From NCBI GenBank assembly GCA_030038115.1, contig JASHPM010000493.1, positions 1 through 45,577 of the forward strand: 45,577 nt of DNA, written 5' to 3'. The position numbers were made by a program, and so were the translations under genes. Shown one piece after another: positions 27,413 to 36,257 of the stretch (positions within the stretch are counted from its first letter, which is position 1; every line of letters begins with the position of its first letter). The notes under the pieces were generated by a model. That model saw nothing but the letters and a program-made list of their open reading frames with translations. It was not told where the DNA came from and did no database searches. The stretch is from Acidobacteriaceae bacterium (GTDB lineage: Bacteria; Acidobacteriota; Terriglobia; Terriglobales; Acidobacteriaceae).

Positions 27413-29746
27413 TTAGCGGACGGTCTTGCCCGGCAAGGCTTCCCCCTTACTCCGCCTGGTCTGCTTGATTACGTACATGGCAGCATCCGCAGCGCTCAGC
27501 AGGCTGTCGCGGGTGGTTCCGTCCGCGGGATAGATGGCGATCCCGATGCTTGCGGTGCCGAACACCGTGCAGCCTTCCCGAGTGAAGGACTGCTCAAAGC
27601 TGCGCTCGAGGCGCAGAGTAATCTCCTCCACGTCGGTGCGGCTGCGTACGTGGGGCAGAATGACGGCAAACTCGTCGCCGCCCAGCCGCGCCAGGATGTC
27701 GCCCGGGCGCAGTTGACCCTTCATGCGCAGGGCCACTTCCTGCAGGTAGAGATCTCCGATGTGGTGGCCGAACCGGTCGTTGACGTCCTTGAAATCGTTG
27801 AGGTCGATATAGAGCAGCCCGAAGATGCCAGCCGACTGCCGCGCAGCCTCAATCGCGATTTCGATCTGCTTTTCGAACGAGAACCGGTTGTGACTGTCGG
27901 TGAGCAGGTCGAACTCCGAGCGATGCACGAGATCGGAGTAGAGCCGCGAGGTCTCGATGGCCAGCCTGGCCAGTCCCGCCGCCTGTGCCAGAGACCCGGT
28001 TTGAACGGCGTCCGGCCTGGTGTGCGGGCCGAAGGCAGCGCAGATGGCGCCCAGCGCAGGCCCAGAGCGGGAGAGAATCGGCTCCTCGACGACGCGCAGC
28101 CCGGCCCGGGAGTTCCCGGATACGAAATTGCCGAGCGTGGCGCCGTCCTTTACCTGAATCCAGCATGGCACCTCGCCCAGCCCTTCTGAAACCAACTCGT
28201 TGATGTTCTCCAGAATCTCCGCCAGCGGCCGGGAATTGTTGATGTCTTCAAGAATCTTCCCGCGCCGGCGTTCGAGATCGGCCATTGTTGCGTTGTGGAG
28301 GCGGGCCTGACGCTCAGTCCATATCACACGGATGCCGATGATGAAGATGACACCCAACAGGATCCCGACCACCCAGGTGAGGTTGTGCACGTTCAGCCAG
28401 GACGGCCTGGCTACCACCTCGATGTCGTCGAAGGAACGCAACAGGACATCGAAGCCGGCGGGGCCCTCAAACGGATTGGAACCGTACGACACCGACGTAA
28501 TGCCGGTGACACGAACCGTGGCGCCCACAGGAATCTGCTTCATGGGCGGCAGCTGGAAGCCCAGATCCTCGTCGATATGCCGGTAAACAACTGTGAAAAG
28601 ATGGCCTCCGGTGGTGAGCAGATACTCGTCCTGGTACTCTTCCCGACCTTCCTTGACCACCTGACCTTCAGTCGAAATCAGGTTGAACGCATTCGTGCCA
28701 GCATACAGGTCGTCCCATCCGACTCCTCGCGGCGTCAGGGGCGATCGCTGCCTGCTGTCCTCCACCTCGGCGTTGGCGAGGGTCAGCACGCCATTGCGGA
28801 CTGCGGGGTAACCCGACGCGGTTGCCCGGTCGCCGATCGTGAGGGGCTGCTCGTCCCTGGTCTCGATCCACAGGCTCCTGGTGCCGTTCTGCAGTACCGC
28901 TGCCGCGCCGGGCAGGTAGTACGTGATCGTTCCCTCCACTCGCACCCGCTCGGAAAGGTCCCGAACGTAAGAGTGCCCGAAGATCTCATCCATCGGGGTG
29001 AAGGGGAGCGCATCCGGGCTGCTGGGAGCCTCCTGAAGAACCCTGAGATCGGAGATCGCAGGCACTTTCAGGATGATTCCGGTCAACTGCTGTTTGCTGT
29101 CGAATATTGCTGCCGTGGATCCGGCCACTTCCACTTCGGCGCCAGGCAGTTTTCCGAGAATGCTGCTGTCGCTGCTGTTGAGGATGACGTCGATGGGTCC
29201 ACCCTCCATCGACAGCTCCAGATAAAGGTTCGCCACCTTCCCGTAGGTGACCAGGTCGGCGCTTCTCACCGTTCCGCGCACGGCTACGCGCACGCAGTCG
29301 AAGTCGCCGCGAACCAGCTGCGTATAGCTGGCGGGCACGGGCGCGGGCACCTCTCCGTGGCCCAGGACCGTAACGCTTTCGGCCTCGATGTCGGGGCGAA
29401 AGCCGGGCGCGGTCTTTCCGCGCACCAAAACGCGATCACCCGGCGTCAGCGTCGCGTTCTGCGGCGCGTCAGCATAAATGGCAAAACCGCCGTCCTGTAC
29501 GAAAAGTCCGACGCTGCCCGGGATGTGATACGTGACCGTGGCCTCGAAGGCGACCGGGATCGATTGAGCCGCCTCATCGTTGGTCAGGGAGTGAAGCGCG
29601 GCCAGGGAAGTAATCGTGGCAGGCGGCGCGGCAACGGCGGACGCGGCGCATGCGGTCACCATCGCCACGCCAGAGGCGTGGACGCAGAACCGGAACCACG
29701 CCAGGATTCGCGCGCCGTGTTGCCGGGTTCCTCGCCGGTGGATCAT
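27413..29746 (-). CDS. membrane diguanylate cyclase with large periplasmic sensor region (GGDEF)
   Basis: 777 aa with a signal/TM segment and a ~440-aa extracytoplasmic region of repeated beta-barrel-like modules. A TM helix follows (VVGILLGVIFIIGIRVIW), then a GAF-like linker. The GGDEF motif is intact (RLGGDEFAVIL, codons 27668-27682), with an RxxD I-site (RPGD) five residues upstream. Confidence 0.85.
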   Translation of the reverse strand: MIHRRGTRQHGARILAWFRFCVHASGVAMVTACAASAVAAPPATITSLAALHSLTNDEAAQSIPVAFEATVTYHIPGSVGLFVQDGGFAIYADAPQNATLTPGDRVLVRGKTAPGFRPDIEAESVTVLGHGEVPAPVPASYTQLVRGDFDCVRVAVRGTVRSADLVTYGKVANLYLELSMEGGPIDVILNSSDSSILGKLPGAEVEVAGSTAAIFDSKQQLTGIILKVPAISDLRVLQEAPSSPDALPFTPMDEIFGHSYVRDLSERVRVEGTITYYLPGAAAVLQNGTRSLWIETRDEQPLTIGDRATASGYPAVRNGVLTLANAEVEDSRQRSPLTPRGVGWDDLYAGTNAFNLISTEGQVVKEGREEYQDEYLLTTGGHLFTVVYRHIDEDLGFQLPPMKQIPVGATVRVTGITSVSYGSNPFEGPAGFDVLLRSFDDIEVVARPSWLNVHNLTWVVGILLGVIFIIGIRVIWTERQARLHNATMADLERRRGKILEDINNSRPLAEILENINELVSEGLGEVPCWIQVKDGATLGNFVSGNSRAGLRVVEEPILSRSGPALGAICAAFGPHTRPDAVQTGSLAQAAGLARLAIETSRLYSDLVHRSEFDLLTDSHNRFSFEKQIEIAIEAARQSAGIFGLLYIDLNDFKDVNDRFGHHIGDLYLQEVALRMKGQLRPGDILARLGGDEFAVILPHVRSRTDVEEITLRLERSFEQSFTREGCTVFGTASIGIAIYPADGTTRDSLLSAADAAMYVIKQTRRSKGEALPGKTVR

Positions 29747-30214
29747 GAGACCATGCTCTGTTTCTCAATTTCCCCAGAACGGCGGCGGCAATGTCAATCC
29801 CAAGTCCGTATCGGCGTCAAAAACCGCCCTGCGCCCCGGTGCGGATGCTGGCAATGCGGTAGCAACTGCTGGAATCACTTTGCGGGCACGGCTGCCGGGC
29901 CGCGAGCCGGCGGCACGCCTGGATGTGAAAAGCGTGTTTGCCCAACGGGAGTTGCCCGCGCTGATGAAGCTCCTTCCAGGTTGAGAGATGGCGGGAGGAA
30001 TAAACCCTCCGTACGTATTATCGGCAGTTTGTCCCTACGAATTACAGGTTATGCTCTGTGAGGCCTGCCGTCCGAAAATCACTCGGGGTTTGACCCTTGA
30101 ATGGATGTCGGTGACCGGAGGTTTCGGGCAGCGGGCAGGTGATCTGCCCGTGCCACCGAGCGTGATTCATGCCCTGGGGCTGAGCGGAGATGTTTGATAA
30201 GGCCGTCTCAACGA

Positions 30215-30790
30215 TCAGGCCAGGATCGAATCGCCCTTTGGGAATTTGTCCATCCTCTCAAGGTCGCTGCACTCCACCTCAAGGGAAAAGCTCTGCCGGA
30301 CTGGGGCAAGGGAGATGACCACTTTGCATTGCCGGCGAAACTCTGCCACGATTCCCTCTGCGCCAGCAAAGACTCCGTTGCGAACTCGCACTCGCGTCCC
30401 CACTGAAACATGGGGATGCGGGCGCAACAGAAGGCCGCTGCCGAGCCCTTTGCGAATCCGGTCGAGTTCCGCATCGCTGATCATGTTTCCAGGATCGTCG
30501 CCCAGCGAACGCACTACGCCGGGAGTGCTAATTACAGCGATCCTGGACTGGGCCAAAAACCGGGCGAACACGTATCCCGGAAACAGCGGTCGCTCGGTGA
30601 CGACAGTTCTGTCGGTCCACTTCACGCGCTCCTGGTAAAGCGGCAGGTACTGCTCAATCGTGCGTACGCTGAGACTCTGCGCGACCCGCTTTTCATAATT
30701 CGAGCGGACGTGCAAAACGTGCCAGGGGCTATCCAGAATGGCCGCCTGCTTATGAGGCTCTTCGATGCAAACTTGTTTCTGACGAGACAT
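30215..30790 (-). CDS. NusG-paralogue transcription antiterminator (RfaH/UpxY-like; NGN + KOW)
   Basis: The ATG at 30790 has AAGGA about 9 nt upstream. The NGN motif is WHVLHVRSNYEKRVAQSL...RPLFPGYVFARF. The KOW-like region is VGTRVRVRNGVFAGAEGIVAEF. Confidence 0.8.
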   Translation of the reverse strand: MSRQKQVCIEEPHKQAAILDSPWHVLHVRSNYEKRVAQSLSVRTIEQYLPLYQERVKWTDRTVVTERPLFPGYVFARFLAQSRIAVISTPGVVRSLGDDPGNMISDAELDRIRKGLGSGLLLRPHPHVSVGTRVRVRNGVFAGAEGIVAEFRRQCKVVISLAPVRQSFSLEVECSDLERMDKFPKGDSILA

Positions 30791-31212
30791 TCCGATTTTT
30801 CCTTGCGTATTTGCCCCGTGACCGCCAAAACTTGGGGCCCGCACGTTTTTGTGCAGGGGAACCGAAAATCACGCTAAAGTACGTAACCAATGATAGACAA
30901 AATTCACCGTTGTTTGACATTCGTGATGCGTTTTATCTTGCTCGCCCTCCACCGGGTTGCTATGCTGAACGCAGCTCGCAGCTTTAGCTCTGTTGAGGAT
31001 GGTTCACATCCGGACGGATCCCCTGGTACGTTGCCATGTCGCCAGGTGCTCGTTTGGCTGCAAGGGCAACGTGTGCGGTCTTGCTGAGTGTCAATCCTGA
31101 CGCTGGGACCGAAGGGGGCGGAGCTTACCTCGAAACCATTCTCAAACTCTCCTCTGTCACGCGTAGGCGACGCCCTTCGGGCTCCAATTTACCCTGACAT
31201 CCGAGGCTATTC

Positions 31213-31515
31213 GTGTCGGTTCTTGTCCCACGGCAACGCACGATCGGCGTACGGCTCTCTGAAGCGGAGTACGCGGAGCTGGAGCGTTTTTGCGTCCAAA
31301 GCGGGGCGCGCAGCATCTCCGATCTTGCACGTATCGCAATCTCGCGCTACCTGAATCGCGCCACCGAAGAGACTTCATTGATTTTGGCTGTGAGCCAGAA
31401 TGCCGCGCAAGTCAAAGAGCTAGAGGAAAAGATAGCGAAGCTGTCTTCAGAAATCGCGGTACTCAGAGCCGGCCCGCAGGCAGGCGCAGACCCAGTCGAG
31501 GGGGAAATCAGTTAG
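31213..31515 (+). CDS. ribbon-helix-helix (CopG/MobC-like) DNA-binding protein with C-terminal coiled coil
   Basis: 100 aa with a GTG start and GAGG 6 nt upstream. RTIGVRLSEAEYAELERFCVQSGARSISDLARIAISRYL fits a beta-strand/helix/helix RHH pattern. A heptad-like segment VKELEEKIAKLSSEIAVLR follows. Confidence 0.65.
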   Translation: MSVLVPRQRTIGVRLSEAEYAELERFCVQSGARSISDLARIAISRYLNRATEETSLILAVSQNAAQVKELEEKIAKLSSEIAVLRAGPQAGADPVEGEIS

Positions 31516-31625
31516 AACTGGTCTCATATTAGGCTCGTGGCTTCGACGAGCAGCGTGAGTCCCGCTTCGGCGGCGGGTCTCATCCGTTGGCGTTCGGGCA
31601 TTCGGCGTTTATGAGACCAGTTCTA
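31513..31625 (+). promoter_or_regulatory. 113-nt structured element bounded by a perfect 16-bp inverted repeat (RNA leader switch or MITE-like insertion)
   Basis: tagaactggtctcata (31513-31528) is the exact reverse complement of tatgagaccagttcta (31610-31625). The element encloses a 6-bp hairpin (31533-31551) and a C(UUCG)G hairpin (31562-31573). A third copy of ggtctcat (31576-31583) could pair alternatively with the right arm. The left arm supplies the TAG stop of the RHH gene. Confidence 0.6.
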
Positions 31626-31861
31626 TCTGGAAGAGAGCAAGGGAAGGGCGGAAGGAGCGGAGGTACCCGCAGTTTAATCGAGACCGCGCCAAGCTTAGCC
31701 TCAAGAAGGCCGTCCGACGGGTCAGCGGGTCTCGGTTGGGCTGCACCGTGGCCCTACGCACCTTATCCAGCCAGGTCCCCGGAGTCCTGTAGGTTCTCAA
31801 AGCCAATTTCCACTGCGGCCCTAAAGCACTCGGCCCGCTCATCTAGATTGTCATCCCCCAC

Positions 31862-33331
31862 ATGGCGCGAAATCTGACCGGCAACGAGAACGAAATCGCC
31901 ATTGAGATCCCCATGGAAAACGCGGGCGCGTTGATGGAGGAAAACATCATCGCCGCGCGGTCCGACTTGCCCCCGGAGCCCGCGCCAGCCCCGCTTCGGG
32001 GGCGCTTTTCCACGCGGCGTGCGTACGCGCATACCTTCACGGCTAGCGCGGCCGCTCGCTGTCTGGGAGTGGTTTCCGGAGTGCTTGCGGCGCGGCTGCT
32101 CGGTCCCATGGGCCGCGGTGAACTGTCGGTGATCGTCTTCCTGCCGATGCTGCTGGTGCCTATCGGCGAGCTGGAATTGCCACGCGCCCTGGCTTTCGAA
32201 ACGAGCCGCGTCGATGAAATTCCGCGGGCGCTCATCGCCACCAGCTTCTGGTTAGGGCTTTTTCTCGGCTGTATTCAGGCGGTGATCCTGGCCCTGGCGC
32301 TGCCCTTTTATTTGCCAGCGGACAAGCTGCACCTGCTGGGTGACTCGCGCTGGTTCGTGCTGTATCTTCCCGCCACGCTGGTGATGACCACTATGATGGG
32401 CAGCGATCAGGGGAAGGGCCGCTTCGGGCGCTTCAGTTTCCTTCTTGCGTTGCCGACCGCGCTCTATGTGACGGCGGTCCTCGCGGCGTGGGCCGGCGGT
32501 TTTGCTTCGCCGCGCGCTTTCGCCGCAGGATGGCTCATCGCGACCCTGATTACCTTTGCTGTACGCATCTGGATGGATTGGGACGGAATCTCCGGCGCCA
32601 GGCCAGAGTGGGAGATCGCCTTGCGGTTGCTCAGGCGTGGAGTGGGCTACTATCTGCCGGCAGTTGCAGGTTTTGGGCTGGCTCGCGCGGATATGTTCCT
32701 GCTGGTGCGGCTGGTTCCCAGCGAAGGCGTGGGACTTTATGCCGTTGCGCAGGCCATCGCGCTTGGACAGCTTGGAGCGATCAATCCGTTCATTTATGTG
32801 AGTTTTTCCGCCGTGGCGGGAGAAATCAAGCCGCGACAGGCACTTGAAACGCTGGCGCAGCATTTTCGCTTGGCGCAACTCGCTGCCACAGCAGCTGGGT
32901 TGCTGACTGCAGCGGTTACTCCGTGGGTGATCCGGCTGATGTTCGGCGCGCAATTCAGCGGCGCAGAGTCTACGGCCTGGCTGCTGACTGGCGCAGCGAC
33001 CGTTTGGGGCATGGAGCAGGTGCTGGAGTTCGGCCTGCGCGCTGCCGAGCACACGTGGCCGGGTATCGTTTCCAATTTGGCCGGCCTGGTGGTGCTTGTG
33101 GGCGCCGGCATTCCGGCGTGTCTCCATTACGGCATCGCAGGACTTGCCGCTTCTGTACTGGCCGCGCAGACGCTCAACCTGGCGATCCTGATCGGCTTTT
33201 GCATCTGGCGGCTCAATATGCCGCTACGCTTGTTTAACGCGTTTCATGGCGACAGCATTGCGCAATTCGCGGGCGAGATCGCATCGTTCCTGCGCAAGTT
33301 CGGGTTTCGCGAAACCCGGGAGAATTCTTGA
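31862..33331 (+). CDS. Wzx-type oligosaccharide flippase (MOP superfamily)
   Basis: 489 aa with an ATG start. After a ~55-aa hydrophilic N-terminus there are about 12-14 hydrophobic helices, with a flippase-type start (ARCLGVVSGVLAARLLGPMGRGE). It is the first gene of the plus-strand glycan operon. Confidence 0.8.
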   Translation: MARNLTGNENEIAIEIPMENAGALMEENIIAARSDLPPEPAPAPLRGRFSTRRAYAHTFTASAAARCLGVVSGVLAARLLGPMGRGELSVIVFLPMLLVPIGELELPRALAFETSRVDEIPRALIATSFWLGLFLGCIQAVILALALPFYLPADKLHLLGDSRWFVLYLPATLVMTTMMGSDQGKGRFGRFSFLLALPTALYVTAVLAAWAGGFASPRAFAAGWLIATLITFAVRIWMDWDGISGARPEWEIALRLLRRGVGYYLPAVAGFGLARADMFLLVRLVPSEGVGLYAVAQAIALGQLGAINPFIYVSFSAVAGEIKPRQALETLAQHFRLAQLAATAAGLLTAAVTPWVIRLMFGAQFSGAESTAWLLTGAATVWGMEQVLEFGLRAAEHTWPGIVSNLAGLVVLVGAGIPACLHYGIAGLAASVLAAQTLNLAILIGFCIWRLNMPLRLFNAFHGDSIAQFAGEIASFLRKFGFRETRENS

Positions 33332-34704
33332 TTCATCGGCGCGCCACTAACAATCACAGGAGCCTCATCAAAGGTGTGGGGTCATCCGCAGAACAAGCGA
33401 CTATGACAAGAACTGAGTCAAAACCACTGTTCACCGTAATCATCCCGACGAAGAATCGGGCGGAATACACTCACCACACGTTGCGAACCTGCTCAAATCA
33501 GGACTATGAGAATCTGGAAATTATCATCTCCGATGATGGCAGTTCCGATAACACGAAAGAGGTCGTGCTGGAGGCCGCGCGGAAGGATCCGAGAATCAAA
33601 TACATCACACCGGGTTCGGTGGGGATGCGAGACAACTTCGAGTTCGCGCTGGATCATGTGAAGCCAGGGTATCTAATCGCCTTGGGAGGCGACGATGGCA
33701 TTCTCCCCTATGGCATCAGCCAGATGTCGAGGAAATTGCAAGAGACGGGAATGGATCTCCTGACCTGGGGCGTTCCTATATTTACCTATTCCGGTGTCCG
33801 AGATTCCAACGGGCAGTTGCGCCTGAGCCGGCCGCGTAAATCAAAGCTGGTGCGCTCGAGCGAATATCTGGCAAGGCAGGCCACCAATTTGCATTATCTC
33901 GGCGATAGCGAGACTCCCATGTTTTATATCAAGGGAGTAGTTGCCACCACGCTGGTTGAACAGGTTCGAAGTCGCACGCCGGACGGCCGATTTTATGTCT
34001 GCCCCACACCAGATGGGTTTTCTGGGATCGTTTTGGCAGGAGAGGTCGAGCAATATGCCTTTTCAGGCATGCCGCTTACCATCGCGGGGGAATCCCCGAC
34101 TAGTCAGGGCATGGCCTATCTGTCGAGGAATCACGAGGGCAAAGAACTTTCGGAGTCCTTTTATCGCGCCGTTTCCGACGTCCCCATGCACCGGGATCTA
34201 GCCTCGCAGCCATACTCCCCGTTGATATCGATTATGACCGCCGATTACCTGCTTACTGTGAAGGACCTTCCCGGGTGGCCAGGGCACGTCCCAGACATCG
34301 ACTATAAGAGCCTGCTGCTGAAGGGCCTGACGGAGTTAGCGAATGGATTGTATGCGGCGGATCGGGTCAACCGGGAACTCGGCATTTTGCACAACATAGC
34401 GCAGCACCATGGGCTGGACACATTCTTCAGGCGGAAGGTCAGGCAAATGAGGCGCGGCCGATCGCGAAAACCTTTTGCGGGAAACTGCATCACGCCCAGC
34501 CAGGTTCTTCTGGATTGTGACATGTTCGAGATTCACAATGTCTTCGATGCCGCCTATGTCTGTTACTTTGTGTATCAGCTTCTATCGAAGTTCAATGTGG
34601 CCGCCGTCAAAAGGCTCGTCGCTGATTCACTGAAATACAAAGTACAACAACTCCAAAAAGGTGACTCATTTGCCCCGGAGTCCGAATGGGCCCTAGAAGC
34701 CTGA
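33328..34704 (+). CDS. GT2-family glycosyltransferase with C-terminal extension
   Basis: A GT2 core is present (LFTVIIPTKNRAEY, IIISDDGSSDNT, ALGGDDG). The TTG at 33328 has GGAG 5 nt upstream and overlaps the flippase stop (TTGA). An alternative ATG at 33403 would give MTRTESKPLF. Confidence 0.8.
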   Translation: MIHRRATNNHRSLIKGVGSSAEQATMTRTESKPLFTVIIPTKNRAEYTHHTLRTCSNQDYENLEIIISDDGSSDNTKEVVLEAARKDPRIKYITPGSVGMRDNFEFALDHVKPGYLIALGGDDGILPYGISQMSRKLQETGMDLLTWGVPIFTYSGVRDSNGQLRLSRPRKSKLVRSSEYLARQATNLHYLGDSETPMFYIKGVVATTLVEQVRSRTPDGRFYVCPTPDGFSGIVLAGEVEQYAFSGMPLTIAGESPTSQGMAYLSRNHEGKELSESFYRAVSDVPMHRDLASQPYSPLISIMTADYLLTVKDLPGWPGHVPDIDYKSLLLKGLTELANGLYAADRVNRELGILHNIAQHHGLDTFFRRKVRQMRRGRSRKPFAGNCITPSQVLLDCDMFEIHNVFDAAYVCYFVYQLLSKFNVAAVKRLVADSLKYKVQQLQKGDSFAPESEWALEA

Positions 34705-34710
34705 AAATGC

Positions 34711-36180
34711 GTGCTTCAGTTTTCGTGGAGATCTAAAGTGCAACTCAGTCTTGAAATGGGTTTGCCCTCAAGAGGAGGCCAGTTAAGCATTGCAAAATGG
34801 ATTTCTGCTTACATTTTGATTTGGTTTTTCGCGTTCCTGTTCGAGCAGGCCTTCTTCATTGACAACCTCCAGATTTTGCTCCCAGCTTTTGCGACAATAG
34901 GGATATTTCTCTATTTTTCATTGCGGCTCAGGTCCCAGATCCAGGGCAACATTTTCGGAGAAATCGGCTTTGCTTATCTGGCATTCGCGGTCGCATATAC
35001 GGTGTTTCCGGCTTACGGGTTCCTGGCTCAAGATACCCTTCGATCCTGGGTCGGGGTTCCGATTCTTGAAACACTCCTCCCGGACAGGAACGCGCTGGGT
35101 CTTCAACTCTGGCGCCAGGTTCTGTTCATAGTCGCTGTAGCGGCCGGATATCTGCTCTTTCGTGGCAGGCGTACGCCGACATTCAGTTCGTCCGATACCC
35201 TGGGTGGTGCGGAAAAGCTGATCATCTGTTTTTTGTTTGTTAGCACCATAGTCAGTGTAATTGTGCTCTGGTGGCTTTCGGCGCCCGTACACGAGTACAT
35301 CGATAACTATACACGGTACGACCATCTTTCATGGATAGGGCTGCGCATAGTAGCCATTTGCACCTTCCTTAAAACGGGCGGCACTTTTGTGCTGTTGCCT
35401 ATTCTCTTCAGAAGATACAAGCGATATCGGAAGTATATCTGGTCCTTTGTTCTGTTGCGAACTGTTCAAGAGATTCTGGGGTCATTCGGCGCCAGAATCG
35501 ACGCATTCGTGATTCTGATCGCCGCAACGGTCCTATATCACTATTGTGTAAAACAAATCACTCTAAGGAAAGCACTTATAGTGACGTTGGCGGTGGTATT
35601 GGGTTTTTCAGCTATTGCTACGGTTCGTTTCGGAGGCTTCGACTCTTCCAAACAAGGTGCAATTCCAAACCTGGATCTCGGGGAGCTAGGGGCTGTCTTC
35701 ATTCCAGGATTTCATCTGTACACGGAGCGCTCCATGGGCACACTACCGCCGGTTCCATGGCAACTGTTTTTCGATGATTTCATTTCCATAGTGCCGTTCG
35801 TGAACGATAAGGAGTGGCAGCCAATGTATTGGTGGACCGATAATTATGCTCCTGACGCAGTGGTGCCACCGATAACACTAGGCCCAATTGCCATGAGCGC
35901 CTTGTGGGGAGGCGAGTCTTTCTTGTTTGTAGAAGGCTTCATCAACGGCATCTTATTCGCATGTCTCATGCGATGGTTCGCAAAAAGCGGCGGGAACTGG
36001 CGGGTAATGGTAGTTTATGTGTTTTGCTACTCGACATGCATCATGTGCCTGAAGTACTCAATATTTTTTCACCTTGCGCCCCTTGTGAGAACTATTGTGC
36101 CATTGGTGATTATTGTTTCAATTCTTGCGAAAAGCATTCAGCGAGGCACTAAGCTGGCGCGCGTTGAGGTGTCGGTGTAA
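34711..36180 (+). CDS. Wzy-like polysaccharide polymerase / O-antigen-ligase-like polytopic membrane protein (putative)
   Basis: 489 aa with a GTG start (alternatives at 34738 and 34756). It has at least 10 hydrophobic helices and is the most AT-rich gene of the window. It sits between glycosyltransferases in a flippase-containing locus. No diagnostic sequence motif was found. Confidence 0.55.
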   Translation: MLQFSWRSKVQLSLEMGLPSRGGQLSIAKWISAYILIWFFAFLFEQAFFIDNLQILLPAFATIGIFLYFSLRLRSQIQGNIFGEIGFAYLAFAVAYTVFPAYGFLAQDTLRSWVGVPILETLLPDRNALGLQLWRQVLFIVAVAAGYLLFRGRRTPTFSSSDTLGGAEKLIICFLFVSTIVSVIVLWWLSAPVHEYIDNYTRYDHLSWIGLRIVAICTFLKTGGTFVLLPILFRRYKRYRKYIWSFVLLRTVQEILGSFGARIDAFVILIAATVLYHYCVKQITLRKALIVTLAVVLGFSAIATVRFGGFDSSKQGAIPNLDLGELGAVFIPGFHLYTERSMGTLPPVPWQLFFDDFISIVPFVNDKEWQPMYWWTDNYAPDAVVPPITLGPIAMSALWGGESFLFVEGFINGILFACLMRWFAKSGGNWRVMVVYVFCYSTCIMCLKYSIFFHLAPLVRTIVPLVIIVSILAKSIQRGTKLARVEVSV

Positions 36181-36257
36181 GTAACGTTCATCACCGTTGA
36201 ATTACACGCGACAAATGCAGAGAACGCCGTAAATCAACGCTTGGGAGAACACCCCGC

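Noticed and set aside
29856-29863. gcggtagc, matching 8 nt of the RfaH ops core (GGCGGTAGnnTG), near the NusG-paralogue gene
   Set aside because: It is on the plus strand, whereas both flanking genes are transcribed on the minus strand. It is incomplete (the first G and the 3' TG spacing are missing). An 8-mer is expected by chance about once in a window of this size.
22782-30061. Long antisense ORFs 22782-23921, 24010-24942, 25030-25608 and 28295-30061
   Set aside because: They lie opposite the VWA, multicopper oxidase and GGDEF genes, all of which carry diagnostic motifs. The antisense translations are Arg/Gly-rich and featureless.
29988-30197. 69-aa plus-strand ORF in the gap between the NusG-like and GGDEF genes
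   Set aside because: It has no convincing SD, no motifs and the opposite orientation to both neighbours. The composition is consistent with non-coding DNA.
30914-30939. TTGACA followed by TATCTT in the AT-richer region upstream of the RHH gene (candidate sigma70-type promoter)
   Set aside because: The spacer is only 14 nt and the -10 is poor. Promoter consensus for this phylum is uncertain, so this is not supportable as a feature without TSS data.
30890-31354. ORFs 30890-31087 and 31088-31354 upstream of or overlapping the RHH gene
   Set aside because: The translations look unprotein-like. The second overlaps the RHH CDS out of frame, and the RHH frame has the SD and a recognisable fold pattern.
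31516-31861. Possible c-di-GMP (GEMM-I/II) or other known riboswitch in the flippase leader
   Set aside because: I could not find the conserved GEMM cores, tetraloop-receptor arrangement or other riboswitch signatures by eye. Only the generic inverted-repeat structure reported above is supported.
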